DNA of 64,000 nt from Nitrososphaerota archaeon (GTDB lineage: Archaea; Thermoproteota; Nitrososphaeria; Nitrososphaerales; Gagatemarchaeaceae), in NCBI GenBank assembly GCA_027886975.1, contig JAPCJK010000001.1:12892-76891 (forward strand), in the 5' to 3' direction. Position numbers and translations under genes: made by a program. Below the pieces are notes generated by a model. That model was not told the origin of the DNA and did no database searches. It saw nothing but the letters and a program-made list of their open reading frames with translations. This document shows positions 62,321-64,000 of this stretch, piece after piece. The stretch's first letter is position 1. Each line of letters starts with the position of its first letter.

Positions 62321-63274
62321 GTGGCGAAGTCGAGAGTCTATTTCATCACAGACGTTCATGGGTCCAACAGGTGCTTCAAGAAGTTCCTGAACGCGGCCAG
62401 CTTCTACAAGGCTGACGTTATCATTCTCGGAGGAGATATCACAGGCAAGGTCATGGTCCCCATAGTCGAGCAGGAGGACGGAACTTTCAGGTGCTCGTAT
62501 CAGGGGTCGGACTTGATTCTGAGAAGCAAGGAGGAGGTCGAGGAGTTGAAAAAGAAGGCCGCCGACTCGGGCTCCTACACCGTCCCTGTGAGCCCCTCTG
62601 AGCTCAAGGAGCTGGAGGCAAATCCTGCCAAGGTCACCGAACTCTTCCGTCAGGTCATGGTCGAGAGACTGCGAGAGTGGATTTCCCTGGCGGAACAGAG
62701 ACTGGGGAAGACTCCGGTAAGATGTTTCATTTCACCCGGGAACGATGACGTCTTCGACCTCGACCCTATCCTAGATTCGTCCTCATACGTCGTGAACCCA
62801 GAAGGGCGGGTTGTAGATATCGACGGTGGACACGAGATGATAACACTAGGCTACACGAATCATACTCCCTGGAACAGTCCGAGAGAGGTTGACGAAGACG
62901 TCCTCGCCCAGAAGATTTCAGGGATGGCCGACCAAGTGCGAGAAATGAAATCCGCAATTTTCAACATCCACGTCCCGCCCATTGACACGCTCATCGACCA
63001 GGCTCCTCAAGTAGATCAGAGCCTCAAGATAGTCTTGAAAGCAGGAACGGTTCAGATGATCTCAGCGGGGAGCTCGGCCTGCAGAGCTGCCATAAAGAAG
63101 TACCAGCCGATGGTGGGACTGCACGGACACATTCACGAGTCCCGAGGGGTCGTCAAACTTGGAAAGACGTTGTGCGCCAACCCTGGGAGCGAATACGGTG
63201 AAGGGATCCTCAGAGGGTTCCTCTGCGAGATTGACGGTGAGAAGATAAAGTCGTATCTTCTGACATCAGGCTGA
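62321..63274 (+). CDS. Metallophosphoesterase (calcineurin-like) family protein
   Basis: 317 aa. 'FITDVHGS', 'LGGDITGK', 'SPGNDD' and 'LHGHIHES'. Confidence 0.75.
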   Translation: MAKSRVYFITDVHGSNRCFKKFLNAASFYKADVIILGGDITGKVMVPIVEQEDGTFRCSYQGSDLILRSKEEVEELKKKAADSGSYTVPVSPSELKELEANPAKVTELFRQVMVERLREWISLAEQRLGKTPVRCFISPGNDDVFDLDPILDSSSYVVNPEGRVVDIDGGHEMITLGYTNHTPWNSPREVDEDVLAQKISGMADQVREMKSAIFNIHVPPIDTLIDQAPQVDQSLKIVLKAGTVQMISAGSSACRAAIKKYQPMVGLHGHIHESRGVVKLGKTLCANPGSEYGEGILRGFLCEIDGEKIKSYLLTSG

Positions 63275-63275
63275 G

Positions 63276-63983
63276 TCAGTCGGAGGAGGAACCGGAGACG
63301 ACCGGCTTATCGGCCTCGGGGAGTTCGTACCAAGGAATCTTCTCTCCCACCCTCGCCCGTATCTTCCATGAGAAGCTCTTCGGAACTTTTTCGATGAGGT
63401 TGGCCAGTCTTCCAATCCTGGTCCTGGCTATGTCCATCTCCGATGATGAAAGGCCGTATCCATCGATTGAATCTCGTAGCCTCGAAAGGTTCACGGTGAA
63501 CGTCTTGTAGATGCCCCAATCGTTGGAGCAGAGGCGAGCCACGTAGTCTTCGTTAATGGTCTCACCGTCTCCCGACCCGACGTCGTGGTCCACAAAAAGC
63601 GCCGCCAGGTCTCTAAGGTCCTTGTCGTTAACCTGCACAATCTGAAGCTTTGTCATGAGAAGGTCAGCGAGTGGTAAGGTCAGAGGCTCAAGTCCGACCC
63701 TGTCTCTGAAATCGAACTTGTGGCACATCTCGAAGACGTCGAGGAATATGTCGACCCGACGCTGGTTGACCATGTCGTTGAAAATCAGCCTTTTGCGCCC
63801 CATCAGGGCATTGAATCTCTCCCTCGGCTCGTAGTTCAGCCCGACGAAGAACTCCTTGATCACTTTCGACTGTTTCTCATGGCCAACAAGGTCAATGTCT
63901 ACGTAGTCGCGCCTTAGGCCGTCTCGAACGGCCGAGGGGCACCTCATCGCAATGGCGACCCCGCCTAGGAGCTTCAGTACCAC
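63276..63983 (-). CDS. Pol-beta-superfamily nucleotidyltransferase-like hypothetical protein (may extend beyond the window)
   Basis: 'LLGGVAIAMR...RDYVDIDLV' (G[GS]...D.D) and a later 'VDIFLD'. The frame is still open at 64000, so the true start may lie outside the window. Confidence 0.4.
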   Translation of the reverse strand: MVLKLLGGVAIAMRCPSAVRDGLRRDYVDIDLVGHEKQSKVIKEFFVGLNYEPRERFNALMGRKRLIFNDMVNQRRVDIFLDVFEMCHKFDFRDRVGLEPLTLPLADLLMTKLQIVQVNDKDLRDLAALFVDHDVGSGDGETINEDYVARLCSNDWGIYKTFTVNLSRLRDSIDGYGLSSSEMDIARTRIGRLANLIEKVPKSFSWKIRARVGEKIPWYELPEADKPVVSGSSSD

Positions 63984-64000
63984 CTTCCTTTCGGAGGAGG

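Noticed and set aside
1-64000. A scan for CRISPR arrays, tRNA/rRNA genes, transposases, integrases and long direct or inverted DNA repeats.
   Set aside because: I found no regularly spaced short repeats, no T-arm-like GGTTCGAATCC-type motif, no rRNA-like stretch and no recombinase motifs. The only DNA-level repeats I could verify are the two TetR operators, the shared 11-nt promoter element and the 12-nt tandem in the Ser/Thr stalk. This was a by-eye scan, so short or degenerate elements could have been missed.

Overview
This 64-kb window is gene-dense, looks moderately GC-rich by eye, and reads as archaeal chromosome. Two things support that. It encodes RNA polymerase subunit Rpo12/RpoP, a 58-codon ORF missing from the supplied track. 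Many genes also sit about 25-32 nt downstream of A/T-rich TATA-like boxes (recurrent GAATAAATA) with little or no leader. I recognised no rRNA, tRNA, CRISPR array, transposase or integrase.

Most of the content is accessory metabolism, detoxification and envelope functions:
- a split transhydrogenase, pntAA-pntAB-pntB;
- an M32 carboxypeptidase;
- two MFS pumps, one with a divergent TetR and paired palindromic operators;
- three VOC/glyoxalase genes and four GNAT genes;
- an orphan MerB-like lyase;
- an 8-gene minus-strand operon: hyuA, hyuB, a peptide-type ABC transporter and a CPBP protease;
- a CBS plus cystathionine gamma-lyase pair;
- a UPF0182 membrane protein next to a surface protein with six Ig-like repeats;
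- several secreted proteins with an N-terminal anchor and a Ser/Thr-rich stalk.

The most interesting locus lies at 22.6-26.6 kb. A compact three-gene operon encodes a very divergent Ku-like protein, a minimal 277-aa ATP-dependent DNA ligase, and a 179-aa family-X polymerase with only palm and thumb (ASFV Pol X-like). A conserved DUF gene lies upstream, and a convergent DUF72 + Tag glycosylase pair lies downstream. I read this as an NHEJ-type end-joining module in which PolX replaces the usual LigD/AEP primase-polymerase.

Secondary observations concern disrupted or oddly initiated genes. A GNAT gene carries one in-frame TGA. A DUF4287 gene is shifted by one base after codon 4. Four genes (a DppB-type permease, pntAB, an EamA transporter and one membrane protein) have conserved or hydrophobic N-termini that lie upstream of any in-frame ATG/GTG/TTG.

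All family assignments come from motif recognition by eye and from memory. No searches or computations were run.
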